64,000 nucleotides of DNA from Eledone cirrhosa (Eukaryota). The stretch spans positions 17,484,001 through 17,548,000 of the forward strand of contig OZ024748.1 of NCBI GenBank assembly GCA_964016885.1, written 5' to 3'. Positions within the stretch are counted from its first letter, which is position 1; the number at the start of each line of letters is the position of its first letter. The notes beneath the pieces were generated by a model that did no database searches, had not been told where the DNA came from, and worked only from the letters and a program-made list of their open reading frames with translations. Of this stretch, positions 39,086-53,597 are shown in pieces. The position numbers and the translations under genes are program-made.

Positions 39086-39132
39086 TGCTTACAACTGTTT
39101 CCTCCAAACCTAGGTTTGGATTCTTCGGAGCA
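39086..39132 (-). ncRNA. Hammerhead-like motif, core CCGAAGA
   Basis: Minus strand: tgct-CCGAAGA-a-tccaaac-ctag-gtttgga-g-GAAA-ca-gt-tg-TA-agca. Confidence 0.65.
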
Positions 39133-39204
39133 ATTTATTAATGAATGAACACTTATATGACCTCCTTTTTCAACCCAAGAGACATACAGATACATATGCA
39201 AACA

Positions 39205-39865
39205 TTGTTGCTTGGTGGGTCGACATCCATTACAGCATTTAGTAGTCCACTACGATGACAAAAAGGTAGGGAGCCAATGTATCTCCTTGGAGCACTTCGG
39301 CCAGTATCTCAAAGAACTCTGTCATCCCATCAGGTGTAATGACTAGGGCTTTGGTGTTGGTGTAGAGCAGTGATATCGGGTCCACTATCTTCTTGGGGAT
39401 TCCATAAGTCTGTAAGATCTTCATCAGACAGTGACCGTCCACAGAATTAAAGGCCTTCCTAAAGTCAATGAAACTTGGACACTGACCAAGAAACTCACTC
39501 AGATGGTGGATGGGTGCTACACGAGAATGCTGAGGATGGTTCTGAACATTAATCAGTATACACTGAGGATGAAAAACTCGGAGCTGTATGGGAGCATCCC
39601 AAAAGTCAGCTCAAAAGTGACACAGAGGAGACTGTGGTTAGCTGGACATGCTCACCGACATCCAGAGTTGACATTGCACTCAGTGCTCCTGTGGTAGCCC
39701 TACATGGACACACTGGGAGAGGAAGACCAAGGTTAATGTATGTTGATGCCCTAATGACAGACACTGGTCTGTTGGAGATGCAGGACATGGCAGCAATAAT
39801 GATGGACACAGACCGCTGGAGAGAACTCGTCCATGGATCTCGGGAATTTTACCCGCCCTAGATGA
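39205..39865 (+). pseudogene. RTE-X-like LINE fragment with inverted 5' portion
   Basis: Minus strand 39473-39205: [33 protein letters not shown] (RT). Plus strand 39470-39860: ETWTLTKK..DGCYTRMLR..RRLWLAGHAHRH..GRGRP. Confidence 0.9.
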
Positions 39866-39947
39866 GATATATATATATGCCAGCATAACTTTGATTTTGC
39901 GTTTCGTTTCGCTTTTTCTAACTGCCGAAATACGATTCTCGCTGAAT

Positions 39948-39981
<34 letters not shown>

Positions 39982-39996
39982 ATATATATGTGTGTG

Positions 39997-40027
<31 letters not shown>

Positions 40028-40428
40028 GTGTATATATATATGTATATATATATATGTGTGTGTATATATATATATGTATATATATATATGTGTGTATATA
40101 TATATATGTATCTATATATATATTCATATATATATATATATGAATATATTCATATATATATATATATTTATATATATATATATGAATATATTTATATATA
40201 TATATATATATATATGAATATATTCATATATATATATATATTTATATATATATATATGAATATATTTATATATATATATATATATATATGAATATATTCA
40301 TATATATAAATATATGAATATATATTTATAAATATATTCATATATATAAATATATGAATATATATTTATAAATATATGAATATATATATATAAATATATT
40401 CATATATATATATAAATATATTCATATA

Positions 40429-40780
40429 AGGCACATGGCTTAGTGGTTAGAGCATTGGCCTTGCAATCAAAAGGTTGTGAGTTCAATTCTCAGACCGGGT
40501 GATGTGTTGTTTCCTTGAGCAAGACACTTTATTTCACATTGCTCCAGTTTACTCTACTAGCTGTAGAAATGAGATGATAGGGACTGGTGTCCCTATCATT
40601 CCACTGCAAAGTGGTCGTGGAGGTGTCACGGCAAAAAAGCACCCAGCACTCACTGTAAATGAGGTTGGTGTTAGGAAGGGCATCCAGCTGTAGAAATCAA
40701 GCCAGAATCAGTTCCCGTCCCACCCTTGCAAGCAGGGAAAAAGCGGACGTTAAATGAAATGATGATGATGATGATGATGA
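40429..40780 (+). mobile_element. SINE family B
   Basis: Matches 7654-7998. Confidence 0.9.
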
Positions 40781-41748
40781 TATATTAATATATTCATATA
40801 TATATATAAATATATGAATATATATATATAAATATATTCATATATATATATAAATATATTTAGATATATATATATATGAATATATTCATATATATAAATA
40901 TATGAATATATATATATATGAATATATATATATAAATATATGAATATATTCATATATATAAATATATGAATATATATATATAAATATATGAATATATATA
41001 TATAAATATATTCAGATAGATATAAATATATTCATATATATATATTCATATATATTCATATATATATATTCATATATATATATGAATATAATCATATATA
41101 TCACGAGTGAGAGGGTGAGGGTGAGCATGAGTGTGTAGAGTAGAAAGATAAATAAACTAAGATAATGGTGACAGAGAGACAAACTGACAAACAGACTAAG
41201 AATACCTTCAAGACTTTATATTGTGATAGAGATATCAGAGAAAGTTAGAGAATCACAATTAATACAATAAGTCTGCTGCTCACTTAGTTTGACGTATAAT
41301 TTTAAATGTCGTAGTTTATTCTCAAGAGATTCCAAGATATGATTGCCAAAATCTTTAATTACCCACCTAACTACTTGCTGCTTCCTCTTTGCGTAAATAA
41401 CCACTTTTGAATATTGGATCTAATTCTAACTTTATCACACTATGCTAGATAAAGCAATCTCAGGTGTGAAATTCTTCTCAGACATTATTAGGTTTTTAGT
41501 AATATCTTGCCAAAATTTTAAGAGATTTAATAATATAACTAACTTTCTCATTATTAAACGGGTGTTTAGAATATAACGTAACATGAAATGATGATTGAAG
41601 GTTTTTAGATAAGTATAAACACGTTAAAACAAACAAGCTTATATCAGGGTGGTTTCATGTGGTTTGGTATTAAAAGCGTTAATAAGATCTTTTCAAAACT
41701 TTTAATTTCTGTTAAATCATCACTATCAGCTATTGGATTCTACCAGCA

Positions 41749-42402
41749 CAGAGGTTCTCAAACTTTTTGGGCCACTGACCCCCCTCCTCCTCATGACCAT
41801 GTAATATTCTCAGTGCCCCTCGCCACTATATCCAAAGAGAACTGCCTACATGTAAATTGTAAAAAATATAGATTTTTAATTAATATACATAAAAATGATT
41901 AATTTATATATAATAATAATTGTATCTGCTATTGGCACAAGACGAGCAATTATCCCACTGGTACTTTATTTTATCGACCCCGTAAGGATGAAAGGCAAAG
42001 TTAACCTCGGCGGGATTTGAACTCAGACCATAAAGGGCCATAACTCTATGCTGCAAAGCATGGTGTCCGACTCTCTACCGATACTGCCAATCCACCTCCC
42101 TAAAAATAATAATAATAATAATAATGATAATGGTAATAATGCTCGGCGGGATTTGAACTCAGACCATAAAAGGGCATAACTCTATGCTGGAAAGAATGGC
42201 ATCCGACCCTCCACCTATACGGCCAATTTACATAAATATTATTTTTTATTTTACTATATTTATATATAATATGTACCATTTGATATTTAATATACTATTG
42301 TATCATCTCTACTGCCCCCTTGGGCCCCAGCACCCCCTGGACCTTCTCAACGCCCCCCACCCCCACCCTGAGGGGCAGTAGCACCCACTTTGAGAACCTC
42401 TA
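41749..42402. mobile_element. hAT (Charlie-like) MITE with nested SINE A copies
   Basis: cagaggttctcaaa ... tttgagaacctct; 8-bp flanks taccagca/tactagaa. Confidence 0.75.
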
Positions 42403-43251
42403 TACTAGAATGTTACCTGCTATATGTTCGGTGATTTTGGGAACATATGTTTTGTCGATGTTAGTAGCAGGTGTTATATAAATGCAATCCTATCTGGGGC
42501 CTTCACACTCCTGATGGAAAAACCCCTCGCTGGTTGACCTCCATCACTTTCTCTTTGGTTTTGGTCATGGCAGGGGTGTAGCCATACTCACCATGCTTGG
42601 TCAATTACAAGTTGGTGAGGTTGTTTAACCCATAGTTGGGATATAAATGTATTGACTGAAATAAATAAATGAATTCACTACGACTGTATTTGGCTTCAAT
42701 ATATTGTTCATACTCAAAGATTACAAATATATGGTAGATATATCATCATCATCATCATCATCACCGTTTTACGTCCGTTCTTCCACGCTAGCATGGGTTA
42801 GACGGGTTGTCCTGTTGTGGGCAGTGTCTGGTCGGCTGACCATGCCTTGCATATATGCCTTGCATATATTTATATATATATACATTGTTGATAATATATA
42901 TGAATTTATAGACCCATAACTCCTGAGGGAGATATAGAGGCACCATATTGACATACAGTGTTTCTAGGACATTTTTTGAAACCTGGCATAGTCCATCTCC
43001 TCCCCAGGAGATAGTATATATACATTTATATATAACAAAATGAGGGGTTTTTTTAATAAAAAAAAAAAAAAGATGTCCTACACGGGTGAAGTATAAGGAA
43101 AAGAAATTGAAAATGTAACTGGAGTCATTTTAAGAATCTTTATTTATTTCCTTTACCGGTTTCACAGTTCTTATGCTTTTCAAAAGTAGATTGAGATGGA
43201 GGGTTTGTGGTTTTTCTCACATCACATTTATATATATATAATGTTGTTTAC

Positions 43252-43870
43252 TCGAGAGAAGGCTACGTTGGTATGATCACGTGATGCGCATGAAAGACGA
43301 TAGCTGTATAACAAAGTGCAGGGCAATAAAGATAGACGGTAGCCACGGAATAGGCAGACCCAGAAAAACCTGGGACAAGCTGATAAATTCCGACCTCACA
43401 CACTTACACCTCACCAAGACAATGTCACTGGACCGAGACCTTTGGCGGTACTCAGTAATAGAGAAGACCCGCCTTACCTAAATACAAAGTAAAACCTACT
43501 ACAGTCAGTAGGCATCTCTAACAAAATACACCCCCGTCCCACCACCTCCACCCCATCCACACCGCCCCGTTCTATGTAAAGTTATGTTGGTGCCGCGCCA
43601 TCCAGGCCGAAACAAATGAGATCGTGTAGGTGTCACGTCAAAAAAACACACAGTCCACGCTGTAATGTGGCCGTGTAGGTAACACGGTAAAAACCTCCCA
43701 GCCCCACACTGTAAATGTGGTTGGTGTTAGGAAGGGCATCCAGCTGTAGAAAACCCGCCAGACAGTCCTATGCAAGCAAGACAATCACTCTTGCCTCAAG
43801 TGGGACTACCCCCGTCCAAACCCATGCAAGCGTGGAACACGGACGTTAAACGTTGATGATGATGATGATA
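43252..43870 (+). mobile_element. RTE-clade LINE 3' end (ORF end, 3'UTR, (GAT)n tail)
   Basis: [38 protein letters not shown]; inverse copy at 48251-48712. Confidence 0.85.
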
Positions 43871-43888
43871 CATTGTAGATAGTATTTG

Positions 43889-43922
<34 letters not shown>

Positions 43923-44192
43923 GGGTAAAGACCCCCTTCAGTCACAAATAAGCAAGGGATTTGTACCTAGAAATTTCCCCTCCAAGGCACAAGTTCGGGC
44001 AAGATTGTTTGTGGAAGACCAGCAGTTGCCCATACATACTAGACTCCCCTCTCCACATGTGAATGTATGATTAAAATGGGTTGATGCAACATAGGGTCCC
44101 TGGGTGAGACATCCATAAAACTTTACCTTAACTCTGTCATAGGATATGCAAGGCAAACTCTGCTTCGTGTGTGTGTGTGTGTGTGTGTGTGC

Positions 44193-44228
<36 letters not shown>

Positions 44229-44469
44229 AAAAAATCACTTCCTTTGAGTAGATTTCGAACATCATAAAAATCTTGTTTACGTCTCTGCAATAAAATATAA
44301 TTCTGTATGATTAATCAAAACAAAACTGACCCCCAAAAAATCTAATTTAAAAACAAATACTACTACCATTACTACTACTACTATTACTACTCATAATTTG
44401 TGCTCATAATTTTGGCATTTATTATACTGGTTGGATGCCCTTCCTAGCTATTAATAATAATAATAATAA

Positions 44470-44692
44470 TAGCTTCTACTATAGGCACAAGTCCAGCAAT
44501 TTGGGAGGAGGGGAAAGTCGATTAAATCGACCCTAGTGCGTGACTGGTACTTTATTTTATCGACACCGTAAGGATGAAAGGTAAAGTTAACCTCAGCGGG
44601 ATTTGAACTCAGACCATGAAGGGCTGTAACTCTATGCTTGCAAAGCAAAGCATGGTGTCCGACTCTCTACCGATAATACCAATCCACCGCCC
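44470..44692 (-). mobile_element. SINE family A
   Basis: Reverse complement of family A. Confidence 0.85.
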
Positions 44693-45470
44693 TTGATAAT
44701 AATGATAATAGTAATAATAACGATAATGGTAATAATGAATAAATAAAGAATAAGGTAACATTTACAACTTTTAGAAATAAACCATCTTGCCTTTCAATCA
44801 TTATTTTCTTTTATATATACCATGTTCAATCTAAGTTTAATAAAAATGTGTCCAATACCCAGTCTGTATTACAAACCCATTACTCTAGAACACAATAGAT
44901 GCTTTACAATAAGGTCACAACCTCATGACACACAAATCAAATGTAAAAAGGCACCTCAGTATGTACAGATTCCATACAACTGCCAATGTTTAAAAATATA
45001 GAGAAAAGACATTAGAAGGAAAAGTTTATAAACAAAAAAAAACACAAACAAAACAAAAAAAAAAATCAGTCCAGGAATTCTTTCCTGTTAAATTGAGATT
45101 TCATAAAGACAAGATAATAAAAGACTAGAATAGAAATACTTGGTAGTGTAGCAGACAATATTGGTGCCAATATTAGCAATAAAAGATATGTAGACCAAAT
45201 ATATACAGGAGAGAGATATATAATAGGATAGTGTGTGAGTCGGGTGGTCAATTTGTTGGCTGGTTGGCAATTTCTTGCAGCAAATCCAATGTATGTTATT
45301 TTGAACACACCGACACACACATATATATATATATATATATAAACACACATACATACATATTTATATATATACACATACATATATATATATATATATACAC
45401 ACACATACATATATATATATATATAAACACACATACATACATATTTATATATATACACATACATATATAT

Positions 45471-45505
<35 letters not shown>

Positions 45506-45648
45506 AACACACATACATACATATTTATATATATACACATATATATATATAAACACATACATACATATATAAACATACATACATACATATCATCATCATG
45601 ATCATCATCATCATTTAATGACTATCTTCCACACTAGCAAGGGTTTAC

Positions 45649-45683
<35 letters not shown>

Positions 45684-45798
45684 CATACCCACACACATAT
45701 ATATATATATAAACACACATACATACATACGTATATATAAACACACACACACACATATATGTGTTTGTGTGTGTTTCTGTGACATGTTTGTGTTGCTA

Positions 45799-45871
<73 letters not shown>

Positions 45872-46569
45872 ATGCTGTGTATCCATGTGTGTTTGTACAT
45901 ATTGGTGTATATTCATTTATCTCCATTTGTGTATGTATGTGCTCCTCTGTGAGAATATAATCACACACATACATGAACGGATGTGTGCACATACATACAC
46001 TTCAATTTGAAAAACTATTCCACAAAGGACTTTCCTGAAATGTCACATACAACACACTTGATAAAACCAGTACAGAAAGAGCAACTGTGAGCAATCACTG
46101 AGTGTTTGAAAGAGAAATACTTTGAATAGCAATAGAAACAGTGAAAAACATTGTGAAACTCTCCGAAAAATCTGTCAACCTTTTCATCATAAGTCTTGTT
46201 CGTCCATTTTCTCTGCTTCTTTACAAAACCATTCCTGAAAGAACACAAAGTACAAGTGGAAACATCTTGAGAATTATCTCTATATAAAATTGGACGTTTT
46301 TATTGAGTCTGACACAATTACAAATAGAAGATATTTTTCCGCTGATCTCAAAGATTTCAGACATTGAGAATGATCTGGAAGTATTTTGAAATGGAAACTA
46401 TAAGTATAGCTGTATGGTTAAGAAATTATCTTTGTAACATGTTTAGTTTGGGATTCAATTCTAAGGCAAATGGTCTTCACCCTTGGGTTGAACAATGTAT
46501 TGTGAGTGGAATCTGATAGATGGAAATTGTACAGAAATCCATCATATATATATATACATATATGTATGT

Positions 46570-46602
<33 letters not shown>

Positions 46603-46604
<2 letters not shown>

Positions 46605-46786
46605 ATTGTTTCTACTTTAGGCACAAGGCCAGCAATTACCCAGTGCATTACTGGTACTTTATTTTATCGACCCCGTAAGGATGAAAGGCAAAGTCAACCT
46701 CGGCGGGATTTGAACTCAGATCGTAAAGGGACGTAACTATGCTGGAAAGCATGGCGTCCAACCCTCTACCGATACTGCCAATCCAC
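46603..46786 (-). mobile_element. SINE family A
   Basis: Reverse complement of family A. Confidence 0.85.
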
Positions 46787-46819
46787 AATGGTAGGTATAT
46801 ATATATATGATGGTATATA

Positions 46820-47065
46820 CGTGTAGGTGTCACGACAATAAAACACACAGTCCACGCTGTAATGTGGCCGTGTAGGTAACACGGAAAAAACCTCCCAGTC
46901 CACACTGTAAACGTGGTTGGTGTTAGGAAGGGCATCCAGCCGTAGAAAACCCGCCAGACAGTCCTGAGCAAGACAACCAATCTTGCCTCAAGTGGGACAA
47001 GTCCCGTCCAGACCCATGCTAGCGTGGAAAATGGACGTTAAACGATGATGATGATGATGATGATG
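46820..47065 (+). mobile_element. RTE-type 3'UTR fragment
   Basis: Matches 43624-43870. Confidence 0.8.
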
Positions 47066-47298
47066 AATTTGTGTATATATATATATATATATTATTAATA
47101 GTAATAAATGGAAAATATCACTATAGCATCATATTTATTTTATTATACTTAATTTCATGGATACCAACTTATGGTATGCTTTCATCAGATAAAAAACAAT
47201 GGTTGATGTATCAGATACCCAAAGTATAAACTTTCATCTTCAGCTTACAGTGGGCATGCGGATAAAAAACTCAAAATTTCACAGGATATACCTTAACG

Positions 47299-47333
<35 letters not shown>

Positions 47334-47859
47334 TGGAATATCAGGAAACAAAAAAGAAACGCAGGAGTAAATATTACAAATATTATTAATTTCATGCTTG
47401 GTGAGATTGGGGGGGAGGGAACTCCGACAAGGAGTGAGGGGGGGAGGTTAGCGAGAAAAATATAAATAAAAATAAATTGAAAATGCAACATGCAGTGGAA
47501 AATAAAAGTTATAAAAATGTGAGAGAAGTGTATGGATTCGGGATGTGGTGGTTTATGAGGGGTGGATGGAAGGGCAGAGAGAGAGGGATGGAAAAATGGA
47601 GTCCAAGCGGGGATGGCAGAAAGTGAGGTGTGTGTGTGTGTGGAGATGTACATGTGTGTGTGTATGCGAGGATGTAAGTGTCAGTCTGGGGGAGAGTGGG
47701 TGTACGTGCTTGTGGGTTTTGAAAAACCATTGTATGTGTTGGAGTGGAGTGTATTTCTGTGTGTGTATAGTCTCTGTATGTGTGTGTGTGTGTGTGTGGA
47801 TGGAAAAGGGTCGGATGGGGTGGGGGAGATCGTGATGGATCCGGAATATATATATATAT

Positions 47860-48080
47860 CAACAGTCGATCAACTTTCATCAAATCGGACCGAGGAAACA
47901 ATGTTTCCATTGGTCTTTCCAATTGCTAATACTTTCTATTCATCACAACTCCAGGTAGAAGGAACAACGTGAAATAAAGTGTCTTGCCCAAGGACATAAC
48001 GCATCGCCTGGTCCGGGAATTGAACTCACAACCTCATGATTGAGAGTTCAATTCTCTAACCACTCAGCAATACACCTTCA
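47860..48080 (-). mobile_element. Third tRNA-SINE family (head related to family B)
   Basis: Minus strand: gagttcaattccc B box and ccttgggcaagacactt; body related to about 4432-4480. Confidence 0.65.
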
Positions 48081-48250
48081 CACACACACATATATATATA
48101 TATACACACACACACACTCATTGAAAAACCAAACCAAACTGCTAATTATATCATATTTTGTGTATGTAATAAATCTCATATTTCTTAGCTTCATAACTTC
48201 TTCACCTACAATTATCTGTTTTCGTATTTGAAAAAGTATTAATTTATAAT

Positions 48251-48712
48251 CATCATCATCATCATCATCATCAACGTTTAACGTCCGTGTTCCACGCTTG
48301 CATGGGTTTGGACGGGGGTAGTCCCACTTGAGGCAAGAGTGATTGTCTTGCTCGCATAGGACTGTCTGGCAGGTTTTCTACAGTTGGATGCCCTTCCTAA
48401 CACCAACCACATTTACAGTGTGGGTCTGGGAGGTTTTTACCGTGTTGCCTACACGGCCACATTACAGCGTGGACTGTGTGTTTTTTTGTCGTGACACCTA
48501 CACGATCTCATTTGTTTCGGCCTCGATGGCGCGGCACCAACATAACTTTACATAGAACGGGGTGGTGTGGATCGGGTGGGGGTGGGGGGGGGTGGGACGG
48601 GGTGTATTTTGTTAGAGATGCCTACTGGCTGGAGTAGGTTTTACTATATATTTAGGTAAGGCGGGTCTTCTCTGTTACTGAGTACCGCCAAAGGTCTCGG
48701 TCCAGTGACATT
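48251..48712 (-). mobile_element. RTE-clade LINE 3' end
   Basis: Reverse complement of 43420-43870. Confidence 0.85.
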
Positions 48713-48726
48713 ATAATATATATATA

Positions 48727-48853
48727 TATTAAAATAACAGATTAAAGTTTAAGCAAAGAATTGCCGCTTTCACCCTTAACGGGATCTTCTGAAGATCCCG
48801 TTAAGGGTGAAAGCAGCGATTGTTTGCTTAAACTTTAATCTGTTATTTTAATA
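48727..48853. mobile_element. Family D palindrome with its axis inside the HHR core
   Basis: gggatcttc-T(48790)-gaagatccc; plus strand CTGAAGA-tccc-gttaa-ggg-t-GAAA-gca..tgc-TT-aaact. Confidence 0.8.
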
Positions 48854-48917
48854 AGTATATATATGTATATATTCTTTTAGTTTTTTACTTGTTCCAGCCA
48901 TCCAACCATGCTGGGAC

Positions 48918-48978
<61 letters not shown>

Positions 48979-49439
48979 TAGGGAAAAACATGTCAATCGG
49001 TACATTGACGTGTTTTTTCCCATAGATTCGAAATTCTGTGAGATAATTATCTTTAGTTTTTACATTACTTTATATACACTACTGTATTTTCATAATTATC
49101 TCACATAATATCAAATCTATGAGATTTTGATATTATTTATTTTGAGAACGATACCTTAACATAAGTATGAATGGCCAGTTATGGCCGGTTTGAACGGAAA
49201 GAGGTGAGAGAATTCTGGCCGGTTTAAATACTAAAGGGTTAACACAAAAATACAATAGTAAATATAGAGTAAAGGGTGAAATATATCTACTTCTTTCTCT
49301 CAATTGTTATTCTCAGTGTATAATAATCTGCAAGGAGCAATTATTGTAGGATGGAGGGGGTCCTTGAAATAACTCATTTAAATAAAAAGGTTTCCTTGAA
49401 AATGAAGTGATTGAGAACCACTGTTCTCAAAGGAATTAT

Positions 49440-49877
49440 TATCATCATCATCATCATCGTTTAACGTCCATCTTCCACGCTAGCTTGGGTTTAGACGCGA
49501 ATTGTCCCACTTGAGGCAAGATTGGTCGTCTCACTCGTATAGGACTGTCTGGCAGGTTTTCTACGGCTGGATGCCCTTCCTAACACCAACCACGTTTACA
49601 ATGTGGACTGGGAGGTTTTTACTATGTTACCTACACGGCCACATTACAGCGTGGACTGTGTGTGGTTTTTTTTTGTCGTGACACCTACACGACCTCATTT
49701 GTTTAGGACTGGATGTTGTGGTACCAGCATAGCTTTACAGAGGAAGGGGTGGTGTTGATGGGGGTGGGTGTGGTGGAGTTGGGGTAGTGGGATGGGGGTG
49801 TATATTTGATTAAGAGGTGCCTACTGACTGTAGGTTTCGCTTTGTACTTAGGCAAGGTGGAGTTTCTGTATTACTGC
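49440..49877 (-). mobile_element. RTE-clade LINE 3' end
   Basis: Diverged copy of 48251-48690. Confidence 0.8.
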
Positions 49878-50668
49878 GCCAATTATATTTAATAGAACTG
49901 CTGATATCAACAAGTTGTATATCTTAAACTGCAGCACATTACATTACAACAATCAGGATACTCATTCTATTTCTCATTCTCCCCCCCCCCCCTCTTTCTC
50001 TTCCTCTCCCTCTCTCCTCTGTCCTGTCCTCTCTCCTGTCCTCTATCTCTATCTCTCTCTCTCTCCCCTGTCCTCTCTCTCTCGCTCCTGTCCTCTCTCC
50101 TCTCCTCTATCTCTGTCTCTCTCTCTCTCTCCCCTGTCCTCTCTCTCTCGTTCTTGTCCTCTTTCTCTTTCTCTCTCCTGTCTTCTCTCTCTCCCTCTAT
50201 CTTATTCCTTCAGTTTCCTTCTCTCAATTTCTCTTTTTTCATACTCTCTCTCTCTCTCTCTCTATCTATCTCTCTTTTTTCATACTCTTTCTCTATCTCT
50301 TATGTCCTCTCCCTCTCTATCTCTCTCTCATTCCTTCAGTTTCTTTCTCTCACTTTCTCTCTTTTTCTCTCTCAATCTCCCTTTTTTCACTCTCTCTCTT
50401 TCCTCTCTTTCTCTCTCCCTCCCACCACCACTATTTAATAACATCAACAACAACAACAACAACAGCAACAACAACATAAACAAAAAAATTACAGCCTTAC
50501 CAGACATATTCATTAAAGTTTGGGTGATTTATAAACAAACTAATGCAACAACAACAACACCAACAACAACACCAACAACACCAACAACAACAACAACACC
50601 AACAACAAGAACAACAAGAGCAACTAGAACAGCAATGCAACCAGTAGAGTTTAATCATATTTTCAGCA

Positions 50669-50703
<35 letters not shown>

Positions 50704-51028
50704 CGAGAGAGAGAGACGCACACACACATATATATATAGAGAGAGAGAGAGATATATACATATATGTATTCATATATATACTTACATTTTATTATAGAAA
50801 TGACATATATATATATAATTTCTATAATAAAATGTATATATATGTGTGAGTGTGTGTATATATGTGCAACGCAGACACACACACATATATATATATATAT
50901 ACACATACTCATACATTTTATTATAGAAATGACATATATATATATAATTTCTATAATAAAATGTATATATATGTGTGAGCGTGTGTATATATGTGTGTGC
51001 ATCTATCTATATATATATATATAATTTT

Positions 51029-51064
<36 letters not shown>

Positions 51065-51310
51065 TACATGTTGCAGGCTGTATACTCTTGTAGTAATTTC
51101 ATGTTATTACTATTTTTTTTATTGTTATTCTTATTAATTTCATTTTATCAATGGGAGAAAGAGGGGGGGGGGATAATGAGGAGGGGGAATAGGTGATGAT
51201 GATGATGTAGGTGAAGGTGGATATGATGGAGATGATGATGATGATGATGGAGAAGGAGGTGATGATGGTGATGGAGGTGATGATGATGATGATAGTGATG
51301 TAGAAGGAGG

Positions 51311-51342
<32 letters not shown>

Positions 51343-51690
51343 ATGATGATGATGGTGATGTAGAAGGAGGTGATGATGATGATGGTGGTGCTGCTGGAGA
51401 AGGTGATGATGATGATGATGATGATGATGTAGGAGGTGATGATGATGATGATGATGATGAAGATGATGATGATGTTGGAGAAGGAGGTGATTAGGATGAT
51501 GACGGAAAAGTAAGAGGAGGAAAGTAGAAGAGAAAGGTAAACAACAACAACAATAACAACAACAACAATTGAAGAAAGTGCAAAAGAGAAGGTGTGATAG
51601 GGAGGAAGAGGCGGGGGGGCATGATAAAGAAATAAATTTTACAATTTACAAATTTGATTTCATTTTCATATTTCAATAAGTCACTATTTA

Positions 51691-51724
<34 letters not shown>

Positions 51725-51988
51725 TCTATTTATTTATTTTTGTTTTTCATTATTATGTTCTGGTTATTTTCTTGCTTAAGTTTCACTTTATTATGATGAC
51801 ATTTAGTAAATTTGAACGTCGATATAATAACATAGACACATAGAAGTGTTGAGAAAATTGCTTAAGGTATCACATTTTTCCCATGATGACATTCAACAGT
51901 GTGATAAATGATAGCAATGTTAGATGTTACATGTGTATGAATATATGATGAATATATATATATATATATATATATATAATAAAACTAA

Positions 51989-52019
<31 letters not shown>

Positions 52020-52061
52020 TATTAGTTAGAAGACTCAACTGTGTGTATAGGTATGCATGTG

Positions 52062-52104
<43 letters not shown>

Positions 52105-52107
52105 TAT

Positions 52108-52756
52108 ATCATCATCATCGTTTTACGTCCGTTCTTCCACGCGAGCATGGGTTAGACGGGTTGTCCTGTTGTGAGCAGTGTCTGGTCAGCTGACTATGCC
52201 TTGCTCATACAGGAACTGATTTGGCTTGATTTCTACAGCTGGATGCCCTTCCTAACACCAACCTCATTTACAGTGAGTGCTGGCTGCTTTTTCGTGGCGC
52301 CTACACGTCCACTTTACAGTGTGGGCTGGGTGCTTTTTTGCCGTGGCACCTCCACGACCACCTTGCGGTGGGGGATGTGGGGGCATATTGTCTATATGCT
52401 TCAGCTTGTACCCATGGGAGGTCGGGTACTCTGTATTAATGCGTGACGCCAGAAGTCACGGTCGTGTGTCATTGACTTTGAGAGGTGTAGTTGGGTAAGG
52501 TCGACTTTTATCACCTCATCCCAGGCCATCTTGGGTCTCCCCACTCTGCGGTTTCCATCAACTTCTAGTGCTCTGCACTTTTTTATGCAGCTGTCATCCT
52601 TCATACGCATAACATGTCCATACCAGCGCAGTCGCCTCTCCTGAACACAACATTTGATTCCTCTTATGCTCAGTCTCTCTCTCAATTCATTTATGCTTTG
52701 TCGTTCACGTATATTACTGTTACACATCCATCGGAGCATGCAGGCTTCGTTTCTCT
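52108..52756 (-). mobile_element. RTE-clade LINE 3' end with ORF remnant
   Basis: [44 protein letters not shown]. Confidence 0.9.
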
Positions 52757-52854
52757 TTATATATATATATTCTATATATATATATATATATATATAATAC
52801 ACATGCATGTGTATTATATATATATATATAAATATAAAAATATATGTATGGATG

Positions 52855-52903
<49 letters not shown>

Positions 52904-52989
52904 TTTTATAGTTAGATATATATATACACACATTTTTATATATATTATATGTATATACATCCATTATATATATATATATAAATATAAAA

Positions 52990-53021
<32 letters not shown>

Positions 53022-53164
53022 CATACATATGTATTATGTATGTATATGTGTGTATATATATATGTGTATTTATATATATATATATATGTATTATGTATGT
53101 ATATGTGTGTGTATGTATGACATATATATATATATATGCATTATGTATGTATGTATATGTGTGG

Positions 53165-53213
<49 letters not shown>

Positions 53214-53271
53214 CACATATACATATGTATGTATATATATATATACACACACACACACATATATATATATT

Positions 53272-53450
53272 GGCAGTATCGGTAGAGGGTCGGACGCCAT
53301 GCTTTACAGCAAAGAGTTACGACCCTTTATGATCCGAGTTCAAATCCCGCCGAGGTTAACTTTGCCTTTCATCCTTACGGGGTCGATAAATAAAGTACCA
53401 GTAATGCACTGGGATAATTGCTTGCCTTGTGCCAAAAGTAGAAACAATTA
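53272..53450 (+). mobile_element. SINE family A
   Basis: Matches 6716-6883. Confidence 0.85.
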
Positions 53451-53559
53451 TATAATAATATATGTAGAAATAAACACAGTAAATATATAAAACAATTGTG
53501 GTATTCTCTACCCTCGTAATTTTAGACACAGAATTTACTGTTTTTATTTCTACATATAT

Positions 53560-53597
<38 letters not shown>

